Shown in pieces: positions 14,101 to 22,855 of a stretch of 52,354 bases of DNA; position 1 is the first letter of the stretch; the number at the start of each line of letters is the position of its first letter. Source of the stretch: an uncultured Gammaproteobacteria bacterium (GTDB lineage: Bacteria > Patescibacteriota > Patescibacteriia > SBBC01 > CAIJZX01); contig CAYGGC010000008.1 of NCBI GenBank assembly GCA_964349465.1, positions 1-52,354 on the forward strand. Reading direction: 5' to 3'. A program made the translations under genes and the position numbers. Under the pieces are notes generated by a model. That model searched no databases. It worked only from the letters and a program-made list of their open reading frames with translations, and was not told where the DNA came from.

Positions 14101-15957
14101 TGGACTGGTTCAACCCTCTATCTCACCTCAACTGGTACCGTTGCTCTGAACACGAAGTCCGTCGGCGACGATTCCTATGGAACGTTACGAGTCGGCTCAG
14201 CAGCGCAGGCGACGATGTGGAATAGTGATGCGACAACGGTGAGTGTTGATGTTGGTGGTGGCCTGTTGTCCCAAGATCATGCGGCGGTTGATGGACAGCT
14301 CTACGTCTATGGAACCATGAACAGCCGAACGAATGAGTACTGGTCGGCCGAAAAAGATTTTGATGGAACTGCGCTGGGCGCGGGTCGACAAACGAACGTG
14401 CGATTTGCCGATGGCGCAACCTTTGTTGTTGATGTCGGGGACACACTTCAGATTCTCGGCGTTTCTCCAACAAGTCAACGAGTTAGTCTTGATCGTCAGT
14501 CAACTGGGTCGTTTGGTCTAACCATCAATGGCACGATTCAAGCCAAATACTTCGACATTGATCATTTGCAAACAAGCGGTTTGACTATTGCTAGCACTGC
14601 CACGGTTGTCGAACTCTCCTACGGCAGCTTTGATAACAGTGCCGGAGGAACGAACGCGACCTACATCACCATCGATGGTGCAACGACGACAGCTTCGCTG
14701 ACCGACCTGGTGTTTGACGCACGAGCTGATGGACTCGACGGTGTGATTGTTTCGAATATTCGGGCGACGGGGTCGGGGATTGTTTGGACGTTATTGTCCG
14801 CGGCCGGTGCGAAACGTGGGCCAGTCTATGAACATGAAGCGAGTGGCGCCTCCATCACCTGGGATTCGCCGACGATCAGTCTGAATGACGGGACTGGTAG
14901 CGATATCGATCTGGTGAACCAAACCGAAGAGTTGTCGGCAAACTGGACGCTGTCATCAACGACCGCCGTTGACCATCTCATGTTTGCCATCGGCACATCG
15001 GTTGGCGGTGACCAGGCACTAGGCTTTACGTCCGTCGGTTCGGCTCTAGCGGTTTCGATTGATTCGCTGTCGCTGCAAAGCGGGACGACGTATTACACTG
15101 CTCTGCGGGCCGTTGACCAACAAGGAGAAATCATCAGCGAAGCGAGTTCAGATGGTGTGTTGGTGGATGCGAGCGCGCCGGCGTTAACCGATTTGACTAT
15201 CATCACGTCGACAACCATGGCGACCGTGACATGGACAACTGATGAGCCGGCGACATCACAGGTCGAACACGGTCTAACGACTTCACTCGGCACCTCGACC
15301 ACGCTTGACTCGACCTTAACGACAAGTCATCAAGTTGAACTTAGCAACCTTGTTGCGGGCAGTTCATATTATCTGCGCGCCTATAGCGTTGATCAGGCGG
15401 GAAACACCGGCGCCAGTGTTGTTAGTGCGTTCTCGGTCTCAAACAAAAAAGTTGGCGGGCGCGCCGCCGGTCCGACTCTCCGTCAGCCGATTCTTGAAGG
15501 CGGGACGACCCCGGCGATCACGGTCGTTGGCTTTGCCCACGGCACTCAGGCGGTGAGGATTTTCTTAGATGGCAAACGCGTGATCACGATTCGCTTGCCA
15601 GGGGCACGGACGACGGTTGTTCAGTTCTATCGCCGGATAAGTCTCGTTGGTGTCGCGATTGGTCGACACACACTAACAGCTCAAACCGTTAACGTGGATG
15701 GTACAACAAGTCGTGTGACAAAGGCCCAAGTATTCACGGTGCGACGGGTCGACGGCAAAACGAGGGTGTTAACCACAACCGCGACACAGTATCGCGTGGT
15801 GGCCGGCGATTCCCTGTGGAGTATTGCCCAAACCTTCCTCGGTAACGGTCGACGTTTCCAGGAGATTGTCTCGGCTAACGCGAAACGTTTTCCAACGATC
15901 ACCATCCAGCCATATCGGGTTGTGCTGAACTGGATCCTCGCCTTGCCGGCGTACTAA
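8167..15957 (+). CDS. Giant surface protein (2596 aa): two LamG/ConA-like domains, G/T/S-rich beta-solenoid repeats, FN3, C-terminal LysM
   Basis: LVGYWKLDE..G..A.DSSG and GKIDD.RI motifs twice; recurring GTGTWTVSGN.DFT; YRVVAGDSLWSIAQ..LGNG LysM motif; ATGA overlap with the upstream gene. Confidence 0.8.
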   Translation: MIKPIHNFHHALTMFLAVVVVLGIGTQDYQRAAAATNIDISGIIYDIDLIEYACGSNGSLTVRVRVNGAGAYSGTCTDDTGAYAVTGVSVNPSDVVTVFVDDATVHASYVTKAAASPSNMTLDLAQDVVSLGHADAGPITNADLDQYDSEQNSNIGFTVSANALSNLFSSQIFVTAGTTYSPGGTVTVTNNYIVANTGSVVTLATSGNTMYGIQATGGTMRINGDTTVSGGGLTNAGGTITTTAGTPTLTVSGTCGTINGSMTLYNLTLSAAGTCILFSGGDTLTINNNFTINTGVTVDQRSNVVISGNLITSGTGALLSGGSTPTTTVNGTSLGGGAGSVSFYNFAKTSAGTTTWSGTTMATVTNALTVSAGTLSFTGGSLILGGSVTTSGGTLTGTGSITYAATSGVTIPASGSYGNLAVSDGLVGYWKLDETSGTTAADSSGLGHTGTHTATPTISSDVPTLQYANPQSLDFDGSSNYVDLGRPAFLNSQFAGKISLSAWIKPDVSKTAVIVGKSDNQDHNAPYYDYSLFQFGNILNFRIGSANISSSGSGTGALVVNGTTWQHVAGTYDGTTLRAYINGVEVASQVSAGLAIASSARNTRIGARDTTVMDEFFNGKIDDVRIYRRGLTAQEIQSLRTGFHIGTSAATFTLGGNLDVNGDLTIASGALDADNAQNYSLNVSGSFQNYGVLIPRSGAVVLDGGSGGKVIESGQQRFHNLTIAGSGGSWTLRDRLWVTGTLGISNGTIDVSSSNYTVHAGTLNQSGGTFTAQTGTVVLDAASSQTVSVTSTVNNLRLEDPTISNLAGYWKLDEGSGLTAKDSSGNSRDGVLTNAPAPTTSLNGTTTYDNVAGLDVDGTDDYVTMGDVIDADDTASLTISGWFNRDTATTDDVIVAKRNGNTASDVGYIVWLDAASDKLRFEASDGTDEFELASVSTFTSTGWNHFVVIWDQASAVNSKIYINGSDNSATQTGTIGNVNDLSNSLALRLGAESDADAPFDGKIDDIRIFSSAVTAAQATALGAGKYADGTAGTATFTLGAALVVGGTLTLDSGTLSTSSSVLTVTNAFTLAVGNGAYLGGTQTQTLNGGLTVSGSSFTGGAGTLDLNGSATLSGGSVMTGSGTWTVSGNFTHSGATFTASAGHTLTMDGTGTLTSNGQTLQNLSIVSSGTVTLAGATHTVAGNVVLGGSGTPTVTGSTVSMTGTANTIDGGGKTLANLTIDPATTGTITLQNSDLVVSELLSIATSDTLLINSGRTVTLSANSGTSLILNGTISGTGRLEYRNSATVFPSTGIVSSVVRFGQFEAAIMNVPARTFGSDLELYTQNGDGSIDLGTGAGQTLTVAGSLFFVDGDAQAQYIFGNTYNPNINIAGSVDFTGFGGPTRYVYSGSGAWTVGGNIDFTGGTLSTSAGNTFTMTGTSATLTPAAQTFVNLTIDPSTAGTISVSGSDGTVSGLLTVAANDTFSLGANRTMVLSGNSGTTLSVNGTISGAGRLTYQNSATTLTTSGTLSSIMRFDTVNGAMIIPARTYGGQVEVYGASANARTVTLGTGASQTITINGNLYVMAEAASPNHITITGVTNNPAVVIGGALDYTGVGAANEIILSGTGTWTVSGNVDFTSGTYTSTAGNTLTMDGASATITSASQTLYNLSVHPATTGTVTTAGTNISVTNTLSVGSTGILSIGSGLQILVLGTTNPQGTIDGAGTLYVTGSLGTGGTVSSNVTFDASSAPLTVPTRIFSGSTRTVRFYSENNTTTIGNASGTITIAGSVIFDDGGNGGITFTAATNNPNITIGGDLTAVGYGDIPLLLGAGTWTVGGNLDFTGITSLTPGASTIVMTGASKTFTSVGLSVNSVEISGTITAADAITANGNFTIQSGGVFTAPSAMTLKGNFDNNGSFTHSNGTVTFAATTTGKTIECGSSSLYNVILNHAAGGWIMQTNDCVIAHDFLLSAASNFTLVSGRTLTISGTFTNNVGGNATTWTGSTLYLTSTGTVALNTKSVGDDSYGTLRVGSAAQATMWNSDATTVSVDVGGGLLSQDHAAVDGQLYVYGTMNSRTNEYWSAEKDFDGTALGAGRQTNVRFADGATFVVDVGDTLQILGVSPTSQRVSLDRQSTGSFGLTINGTIQAKYFDIDHLQTSGLTIASTATVVELSYGSFDNSAGGTNATYITIDGATTTASLTDLVFDARADGLDGVIVSNIRATGSGIVWTLLSAAGAKRGPVYEHEASGASITWDSPTISLNDGTGSDIDLVNQTEELSANWTLSSTTAVDHLMFAIGTSVGGDQALGFTSVGSALAVSIDSLSLQSGTTYYTALRAVDQQGEIISEASSDGVLVDASAPALTDLTIITSTTMATVTWTTDEPATSQVEHGLTTSLGTSTTLDSTLTTSHQVELSNLVAGSSYYLRAYSVDQAGNTGASVVSAFSVSNKKVGGRAAGPTLRQPILEGGTTPAITVVGFAHGTQAVRIFLDGKRVITIRLPGARTTVVQFYRRISLVGVAIGRHTLTAQTVNVDGTTSRVTKAQVFTVRRVDGKTRVLTTTATQYRVVAGDSLWSIAQTFLGNGRRFQEIVSANAKRFPTITIQPYRVVLNWILALPAY

Positions 15958-15985
15958 AAAACCAGTCCTGAGGGAGGCTGGTTAG
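15956..15985. terminator. Hairpin between convergent genes, probable terminator
   Basis: AAAAACCAGTCC-TGAG-GGAGGCTGGTT. Confidence 0.5.
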
Positions 15986-16119
15986 AGATGCTTGATGGCG
16001 TGGATGATGCTGGCGCCGAGCAGGGCCGGGCGGCGGAACCCGATCAGCCAACAGAGACTGAGAACATAGATCCCGATTTGGAGCAGTCGAGCCCCGAGGG
16101 CGTATCCTTCTTCGCGCAT
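15982..16119 (-). CDS. Small hydrophobic protein (45 aa, MREEGYALGARLLQIGIYVLSLCWLIGF...), not in the ORF track
   Basis: GGAGG 5 nt before ATG, hydrophobic core, stop abuts the terminator hairpin. Confidence 0.5.
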   Translation of the reverse strand: MREEGYALGARLLQIGIYVLSLCWLIGFRRPALLGASIIHAIKHL

Positions 16120-16159
16120 ACGAGCCTCCAAAAAGAACAAGGTGAACGTGCTGAGAGTA

Positions 16160-17380
16160 TCAAATACTCTGAAGGTCGTCGAGGGCCCCGCCGTTTGATC
16201 GGCAGATTTTTTCGTAGACGAAAGCGCTTGGCCGGGGAGTGCGTTGTTGGGTGACGTAATCGACTTTGATCAGGCCGAAGCGTGGTCCGAAGCCATCAGC
16301 CCATTCAAAGTTATCAAGCAGTGACCAATGAAGGTATCCACGGATATCGACACCGTCGCGTATCGCCGATTGAATTTCACGGATATGCTCGATGATAAAC
16401 GATGGACGCAGGCGGTCAGTTGCATCAGCAATACCGTTTTCGGTGATAATGATTGGCTTATGATAGCGGCTTAGCCAGCGAAGCACGCGCCCAAAGGCGG
16501 TTGGATTTATCTCCCAACCCAAGTCGCTCTGTGGTCGGCTTGGATTTGCTTCTGGGGCGAAGAGTTGAGCCGGCCAAGCGAGACGAAATCGAAGGGCGTG
16601 ATAGAAGTAGTAATTCAAGCCGAGAAAGTCCTGACTGTTCTTCGTGCGGCTCAACCACCAAGTGTTATGCCAAAAAGTGGCGAAGAACTTCATTATTTGA
16701 TCACCAAGATGCCAGCGCCGATGGGCCTGATAATCAACAAGGTTGTTGGCGCTGCCGACGTACGCGTCAGCGCGATAGCGATGGAGAATCGCGTAGGCGC
16801 CACGATGTGCGTGTAGCAGGTTACGAATAGCAACCCAGGCGCGTCGGTAACTTTTTCGTTGCGGCGGCCAACGGCCATCAAGATAGCCGAGCGAGGTGTA
16901 CACGGTTGGCTCATTAATCGTTATCCAATACCGAACCTCAGATGAAAATTCTTTGGCCATGCGTTCGACGAAGCGGAGGAAGTGGTCAATATTTTTTCTT
17001 TTTTCCCAACCACCAAGCTTGGCGAACCAGATCGGATTGGTGAAATGATGAAGCGTGACAAAAGGCTCAAGGCCTTGTTGTCGTAGCGTCTGAAAAACCT
17101 CGCGATAATGAGCAATCGCGACTGAGTCAAACACGCCTATGGTAGGCTCAATCCGGCTCCACTCGATTGAGAGGCGATGGGCGTTATGGCCGAGTTTTTT
17201 TGCCAGGCTAAAATCATCTCGGAAGCGGTGAAAGTGGTCGGCGGCGAGGCCCGACTGGGATCCGTTTTTAACTCTCCCAAGCCCTTCCCACTCCGTCCAG
17301 TCGTTCGTGTTTCCGCCTTCAACTTGATGCGAGCTAGTCGCGGCCCCCCAGAAAAATCCTTGAGGAAAATTATGTGCCAT
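16160..17380 (-). CDS. Glycoside hydrolase family 1 (beta-glucosidase-like)
   Basis: FPQGFFWGAATSSHQVEG, TINEP acid/base, ITENG nucleophile, WSLLDNFEW. Start reassigned to MAHNF, preceded by TGcTACACT. Confidence 0.92.
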   Translation of the reverse strand: MAHNFPQGFFWGAATSSHQVEGGNTNDWTEWEGLGRVKNGSQSGLAADHFHRFRDDFSLAKKLGHNAHRLSIEWSRIEPTIGVFDSVAIAHYREVFQTLRQQGLEPFVTLHHFTNPIWFAKLGGWEKRKNIDHFLRFVERMAKEFSSEVRYWITINEPTVYTSLGYLDGRWPPQRKSYRRAWVAIRNLLHAHRGAYAILHRYRADAYVGSANNLVDYQAHRRWHLGDQIMKFFATFWHNTWWLSRTKNSQDFLGLNYYFYHALRFRLAWPAQLFAPEANPSRPQSDLGWEINPTAFGRVLRWLSRYHKPIIITENGIADATDRLRPSFIIEHIREIQSAIRDGVDIRGYLHWSLLDNFEWADGFGPRFGLIKVDYVTQQRTPRPSAFVYEKICRSNGGALDDLQSI

Positions 17381-17538
17381 ACAGGCCCAGTGTAGCATAG
17401 CTTGACATTTTTCGGCCGATCGGGTATCTTGTTCCAACTCATCACCGTCAGTTGGGTTTTCTCTGCCGTCGGTTTGAGTGCTCAGTCGTTGTTCCTTTTT
17501 TTGCGTCTTATGACGCCCATCCAAACGGAGGTTGCTCC

Positions 17539-18228
17539 ATGAAGCGCTTCACGACCACGTTGGTTTCTCTGTCGTTGTTGTTGATCACCACGACGTCCTT
17601 CGCCTTCTCTTCTCGGGTTCCGCAGATCCTGGTCGGCAGCCCCTCGTTGCAGGGGTACCTGAACAGTGTCGGCGAGTCGATCAACGTTTCGACCGATCAG
17701 CAGGATGCTCAGACGTGGAGCACGACGATCTCTGGGAACACGACCCTGACCATGATGTTGGAGGTGGCCGGGTTCGCTGGCAACAACGCCTACGGCCTGT
17801 ACAACATCAACGACCCCGTCCCGACGCTCTTCCAGGTTTTCCCTGGTGGCGCGACGGCAGGTTGGTTTGCGGTGGCGCACTTTACCTCGACGGGCGGACT
17901 GGTTGTCAGTCTGTTCGATGACAATGCCGTTTACCAGGGCCAGTCGGTGTACGCAGGCGTGAACAAGAACGCCTTCGGATTTTATATCCAGGGGCCGGGC
18001 GGGACCTTTTACTCGCAGGACAATCGTAACGGCGGGACCGCCAACATCCTGACCTTCGCCGGTACCGGCATCAATACCGGCAACTGGTGGCAGTGCTTCG
18101 ACGACCAGTCCTTCGGCGCCGGGGATCACGACTTCGACGACGGCGTCATCTTCGTCGAGTCGGCCAATCCAGCGCCGACCTCGGCCAGAGCGACGAGCTG
18201 GGGCAAGCTCAAGTCCCGGTATCAGTAG
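17539..18228 (+). CDS. Secreted protein, DUF4114-like, with C-terminal TSWGKLKSRYQ tail
   Basis: GGAGG RBS, signal peptide, GDHDFDDGVIFVE motif, GC-rich codon usage, TTGACA promoter at 17402. Confidence 0.7.
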   Translation: MKRFTTTLVSLSLLLITTTSFAFSSRVPQILVGSPSLQGYLNSVGESINVSTDQQDAQTWSTTISGNTTLTMMLEVAGFAGNNAYGLYNINDPVPTLFQVFPGGATAGWFAVAHFTSTGGLVVSLFDDNAVYQGQSVYAGVNKNAFGFYIQGPGGTFYSQDNRNGGTANILTFAGTGINTGNWWQCFDDQSFGAGDHDFDDGVIFVESANPAPTSARATSWGKLKSRYQ

Positions 18229-18294
18229 ATCCAGCAACCTACGATCCTTCAGATCAGATTCACCCTCGCGGAGCACATCCCGCGAGGTTTTTTC

Positions 18295-18657
18295 TTACTT
18301 TTTTTCTTTGGTTCGTAGGATTTTTTCCATCGGTCGCCCTTTGGCAAGTTCGTCAACCAGCTTATCCATATACCGGATTTCTTTCATCAACGGCTCCTGA
18401 ATCTCTTCAATACGAACGCCGCAAATAACACCGGTAATTAGTTTCCGGGATGGATTCAATCGAGGCGCGTCTCGAAAAAAATCAGCGAAGGTACGTTGTT
18501 TCTTTGGTACCATCTGAAACTGTTTTTTCGTGTAGCCCGTTAGCCAGGTTATGATTGTATCGAGCTCGGCCTTCGTCCGTCCTTTTTTCTTCACCTTGAT
18601 CAAAAAGAGGGGATAGACCGTAGCGACAGGCATTGCGTATACTCGGGCGGTATTCAT
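18295..18657 (-). CDS. DUF2200 family protein
   Basis: VYP...K..KKGRT..E...II.WLTGY and [29 protein letters not shown] motifs. Confidence 0.85.
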   Translation of the reverse strand: MNTARVYAMPVATVYPLFLIKVKKKGRTKAELDTIITWLTGYTKKQFQMVPKKQRTFADFFRDAPRLNPSRKLITGVICGVRIEEIQEPLMKEIRYMDKLVDELAKGRPMEKILRTKEKK

Positions 18658-18790
18658 AGTTCAATGATGTACTTAGAGAATAGATGTGGTTCCAGGGTAG
18701 CGAGAAGAAAACTACTGGACCGGCCCAAAAAAATATCCAAGAAAGAATCCACCGACGAGCAAAATGATCGCGGCTGTAACAATAATTTTT

Positions 18791-19873
18791 TCACTGCGTT
18801 GCATAGAAAAAGGGGAGAGTGAATAGTCTGCGCGACATGTCAGTGGAGAAACCCGATGGGATAGTCGATTTTTTGGCTAGCTCCTGTAGGAGGACGTCGC
18901 GGTCGGGGGCTGGCATCTTTTCGATTTGCCCTCGAACTGTTACGACGGGAACAAACTGTGTGGATAGCGTATCATTGCCTAGGTTCAGATGGAGTACCAT
19001 ACCGCGTAACGTCTCCGGTGAAAAATATTGATCAAACAAGAAGTTCCCGAGCGAGTAGACGATCAGTTTGTTTTGATAAACTTCAATCGGCTGAATAACG
19101 TGCGGGTGGGCGCCAATAATGATATCCGCGCCGGCCTCAATCAAGGCATGCGCGTCCTGAACCTGCTTCGACGACGCTGTGTCCTGATACTCAGTACCCC
19201 AGTGGGCCATAACAATTACCGTCGCCCCAGATTTTTTTGCAGTATTAACCTCTTCAAGAACGCGATCGAGTCCACCAACCAGCCCATGATACCCGACAAA
19301 AGTCACGGTACGATCGTTGATGTGGATTGTGCGCCCAAAGCCTGTTTGATTCCTCGGGTCGCCGAAATACTGTAGCCCTTGGGTGTTTAAAGTTGCTCGA
19401 GTGCTGGTGAGGCCGGCGGAACCAAAGTTTAGAGTATGATTATTCGCCAGAGACACATCGGTAAATCCGGCTTGTCGCAACCCAATTGCGTGGCTTGGGT
19501 CGAAGGTAAAAATAAGGTGTTCATCGGTGGCTTCGCTTAGCTGATCGGTAAACGGCCCCTCGAGGTTGCCAATAACCACGTCGCCCGTGAGTTCCGGCAG
19601 TATTTTTTCGAACGGCCAGAGAGGTGTGTGAGTTTCAATGGTTGTTCGGACGTATCGGTCGAGCATAATATCACCAACAAACGTTAAAGCAATGGATTTT
19701 TGATCAATCGCATCTTCGTTGGTATTAATCGCTGGTTGGGCGGGCTGAGACCGGATAGTAATTTTTGCTGGCGAGACCGGCGCGGGATGTGGCTGGAGTA
19801 CCAGAAGACCGACCCCGCCTATTGCGAGGATTCCCGTGACGCCAAGAGCAATAACCCACCATTTCATATGCAT
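18791..19873 (-). CDS. CapA/PGA_cap family metallophosphatase-fold membrane protein
   Basis: FVGDIML, GNLEGP, SLANNH, HWGTEY, GAHPHV, YSLGNF motifs; N-terminal TM. Confidence 0.88.
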   Translation of the reverse strand: MHMKWWVIALGVTGILAIGGVGLLVLQPHPAPVSPAKITIRSQPAQPAINTNEDAIDQKSIALTFVGDIMLDRYVRTTIETHTPLWPFEKILPELTGDVVIGNLEGPFTDQLSEATDEHLIFTFDPSHAIGLRQAGFTDVSLANNHTLNFGSAGLTSTRATLNTQGLQYFGDPRNQTGFGRTIHINDRTVTFVGYHGLVGGLDRVLEEVNTAKKSGATVIVMAHWGTEYQDTASSKQVQDAHALIEAGADIIIGAHPHVIQPIEVYQNKLIVYSLGNFLFDQYFSPETLRGMVLHLNLGNDTLSTQFVPVVTVRGQIEKMPAPDRDVLLQELAKKSTIPSGFSTDMSRRLFTLPFFYATQ

Positions 19874-19973
19874 AGTGTACCATGAGCCGGGATGATTCTA
19901 GGCGGTGTTTACTGATGGAAAAACTTTACGGACCAGCAAGATTCCTGATATGCTGGTCGATAGAAACCATCCT

Positions 19974-20534
19974 ATGCCTGAACTGACCGTCACCGAAACC
20001 GACCTCCGCGGCCTCTATACGGTTGACCTGCTCGCGAACGACGATTCTCGAGGCTCTTTTCGCGAAGCCTACCAAGCGGCCAAGCTCGAGGCGCTCGGGT
20101 TACCGCCCCTTCACCCCATCCAATGGAATATCTCCGAGAACCTGCGCCCCGGGATTATTCGTGGTATTCATGCTGAGCCGTGGGAAAAATATATCCACGT
20201 TCCAGCTGGTTCGGTTTTTTCAGCGGTGACTGACCTGCGACCTGATTCGCCAACCTTCGGGCAGTTTCGGACGTTCCAGCTTGATCGAACCAAAGCACTC
20301 TTTATTTCTCGGGGCTTCGGGAACGCGTTTCAGGCCTTAGAGCCAAACACCATCTATTGTTATCTCGTGAATGTTCACTGGTCAGCTGGTTTGCGATATC
20401 CGTCGGTTCACTACGCTGATGCGGACTTGCAGATTCCTTGGCCGATTGTACCCAAAGCCGACGATGTCTCAGAAAAAGATCGACAAAATCCAACCCTTCG
20501 CGAATCTTTTCCTGAAAAGTTTTCATCCTCATAA
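19974..20534 (+). CDS. rmlC: dTDP-4-dehydrorhamnose 3,5-epimerase
   Basis: DSRGSFRE, RGIHAEPWEK, DLRPDSPTFG motifs; rml cluster context. Start uncertain (19905-19974). Confidence 0.85.
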   Translation: MPELTVTETDLRGLYTVDLLANDDSRGSFREAYQAAKLEALGLPPLHPIQWNISENLRPGIIRGIHAEPWEKYIHVPAGSVFSAVTDLRPDSPTFGQFRTFQLDRTKALFISRGFGNAFQALEPNTIYCYLVNVHWSAGLRYPSVHYADADLQIPWPIVPKADDVSEKDRQNPTLRESFPEKFSSS

Positions 20535-20541
20535 CCACTGT

Positions 20542-21552
20542 ATGACCAAAGTACTTATCACCGGTGGAGCTGGGTTTATCGGATCGAATTATATTCATCA
20601 TGCACTCTCCGCTCATCCGGACTGGGAAATTTGGAATTTTGATAAGCTGACCTACGCTGGGAATCTCACGAGTCTCAAAGACATTGAGGGTGACGCACGG
20701 TACCATTTTGTGCAAGGTGATATTGCTGATGCGGCCGCGGTGAATGCGGTGATGAACAATGGGATCGAGTTGATTATCAACTTCGCGGCGGAGTCCCACG
20801 TAGACCGTTCCATTAAAGGTAGTCAGGAGTTCCTCGTGACCGGCGTTCTCGGAGTGCAAACACTTCTTGATGCCGCGCGCGAACATGGCGTACAAATGTT
20901 TTACCAAATTTCGACCGACGAAGTCTACGGTGATGTTGAAGCGGGGGAATATTCAATCGAAACAGATCGGCTCCAGCCCTCGAGTCCGTATTCTGCAGCG
21001 AAGGCGGCTGGCGATCTTTTGGTATTAGCATACGCGCGGACCTACAAACTGCCGATCAAGCTCTCGCGCTGTACAAATAACTACGGGCCATACCAATATC
21101 CGGAGAAAATGTTACCACTGTTTGCTACCAATCTTCTCCAGGGTAAAAAAGTGCCGGTCTATGGCGACGGGATGCAAATTCGCGATTGGCTCCACGTGGA
21201 CGATCACTGTCGCGGGATTGATGTGGTTCTCGAAAAAGGTGTTGTTGGTGAAGTCTATAACATCGGTGCGAACCATGTTCCAGAACATCCAAATCTCGAA
21301 GTGACAAAAATCATTCTTGACGAACTGGGCGTGGGTGAGGAGATGATTGAGCACGTGACAGACCGCCCAGGCCATGACCGCCGGTACGCCGTCGATACAA
21401 AAAAAATCGAAGCCCTCGGATGGACGTCTACCGTGCCGTTCGAGCAGGGGATTCGTGAAACCGTTCGGTGGTACAACGATCACCCGGAATGGTGGCAACC
21501 AATTCTCTCGGGAGACTTTCAAAAGTACTACACTGAGCAGTATAAAAAGTAG
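20542..21552 (+). CDS. rmlB: dTDP-glucose 4,6-dehydratase
   Basis: TGGAGFIGS, DKLTYAGN, AAESHVDRS, STDEVYG, YSAAK, DRPGHDRRY. Confidence 0.96.
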   Translation: MTKVLITGGAGFIGSNYIHHALSAHPDWEIWNFDKLTYAGNLTSLKDIEGDARYHFVQGDIADAAAVNAVMNNGIELIINFAAESHVDRSIKGSQEFLVTGVLGVQTLLDAAREHGVQMFYQISTDEVYGDVEAGEYSIETDRLQPSSPYSAAKAAGDLLVLAYARTYKLPIKLSRCTNNYGPYQYPEKMLPLFATNLLQGKKVPVYGDGMQIRDWLHVDDHCRGIDVVLEKGVVGEVYNIGANHVPEHPNLEVTKIILDELGVGEEMIEHVTDRPGHDRRYAVDTKKIEALGWTSTVPFEQGIRETVRWYNDHPEWWQPILSGDFQKYYTEQYKK

Positions 21553-21567
21553 CGACGTGGGGCGTCG

Positions 21568-21681
21568 CTAGGCAAAAAGTTCATCGAACCAGTCCAAAAG
21601 TTTTTCCAATCGGTCCTCACCGAGGACGAGGTCCAAAAAGAACAGCATACTGAGCAGCACCCAAGCACCGATGGTGCGCAT
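21568..21681 (-). CDS. Small hydrophobic peptide (37 aa, MRTIGAWVLLSMLFFLDLVLGED...)
   Basis: AGGAGG RBS overlapping the upstream stop; stop inside the hairpin TAGCGACG..CGTCGCTA. Confidence 0.5.
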   Translation of the reverse strand: MRTIGAWVLLSMLFFLDLVLGEDRLEKLLDWFDELFA

Positions 21682-21690
21682 AGCGACCTC

Positions 21691-21867
21691 CTAGTCGACC
21701 ATGAAGGCTTCGTCCCAGCGCGCAGCGGCACCAGACCCGCCAAACATGCGGACAAACGGTCGGCCGACTCCATGGAGGGCCCAAGCAATGCTCACGATCA
21801 TCAGATAAAGGATACAGCCGAAGAGCATCCAGAGATCATCAAAGCCGTTACGCTGTTCGTATCCCAT
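21691..21867 (-). CDS. Small membrane protein (58 aa, MGYEQRNGFDDLWMLFGCILYLMIVSIAW...)
   Basis: G-rich RBS, one TM segment, closely spaced with the next small ORF. Confidence 0.5.
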   Translation of the reverse strand: MGYEQRNGFDDLWMLFGCILYLMIVSIAWALHGVGRPFVRMFGGSGAAARWDEAFMVD

Positions 21868-21964
21868 AGACCCCCCGTGGGTACAAGAAGCTGCGCCTGA
21901 TATGCTATTCTGTACTAGAAAGAACGCATAATCTTCTTACAGGGTAATTGAAAAAAAGTAAAGT

Positions 21965-22837
21965 ATGAAGGTCCTTATCACCGGTGCAAAAGGAATGCTC
22001 GGGCAGGCGATGCTCGATGTTTTTGCTGATAGTGATCCAATTGGTGTCGATCTAGCGGAACTCGATATAACGAAGCCGCAGGAAATTTCTCGCGCCCTGG
22101 AGCTCTATCGACCATCAGCGGTGATCAACTGCGCGGCGTACACGGCAGTTGATGATTGCGAGGTGAAAGAAAAAGAGGAGCTCGCCAGTCGTATCAACGG
22201 CACGGCGGTTGGGTATCTCGCGAAAGCGACGGAGGTGCACAAAATTCCGCTGGTCCACATCAGCACCGATTATATTTTCAGCGGGACAAATCCAGATGGC
22301 TACGCCGAAGACTATCCACCTGGCCCGCCGGTTAATGCCTACGGCCGAACAAAACTTCATGGCGAAGAGCAGTTGATCCGCAACGCCAGTCGTCATTACC
22401 TCGTTCGAACATCCTGGCTGTATGGCGCAGGCGGTCCTTCGGCAAGCTCAGGAGGGCCAAACAATTTTGTTGAAACAATGATTCGCCTTGGTGAAACAAA
22501 ACCGGAATTGCAAGTGGTGAATGATCAGCATGGGAAACCAACCTATACACGCGACCTCGCTGGCTTTATTAAACGCTTGCTGGTGGATCGCGCTCCGTAT
22601 GGTGTGTACCATGGCGTAAATGAACAGGCGACGACGTGGTTTGATTTTACGCAAGAAATTTTCCGCCAAACAGGTTGTTCGACCCCAATCAAACCCTGCT
22701 CGAGCGAAGCGTTTCCACGGCCAGCCAAGCGGCCGGAATGGTCAATTCTGCTGAACACAAAACAGCCGCTGTTACGGCCGTGGACCGAGGCATTGCGTGA
22801 CTATTTACACGAAGTCGGGTATAGTGCCGGTGGATAA
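21965..22837 (+). CDS. rmlD: dTDP-4-dehydrorhamnose reductase
   Basis: TGAKGMLG, NCAAYTAVD, ISTDY, YGRTK, VVNDQHGKPT, PRPAKRP. Confidence 0.95.
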   Translation: MKVLITGAKGMLGQAMLDVFADSDPIGVDLAELDITKPQEISRALELYRPSAVINCAAYTAVDDCEVKEKEELASRINGTAVGYLAKATEVHKIPLVHISTDYIFSGTNPDGYAEDYPPGPPVNAYGRTKLHGEEQLIRNASRHYLVRTSWLYGAGGPSASSGGPNNFVETMIRLGETKPELQVVNDQHGKPTYTRDLAGFIKRLLVDRAPYGVYHGVNEQATTWFDFTQEIFRQTGCSTPIKPCSSEAFPRPAKRPEWSILLNTKQPLLRPWTEALRDYLHEVGYSAGG

Positions 22838-22855
22838 AATTTTGATGACGAAATT

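Noticed and set aside
17482..18276. 264-aa minus-strand ORF
   Set aside because: Antisense shadow of the GC-rich secreted protein gene.
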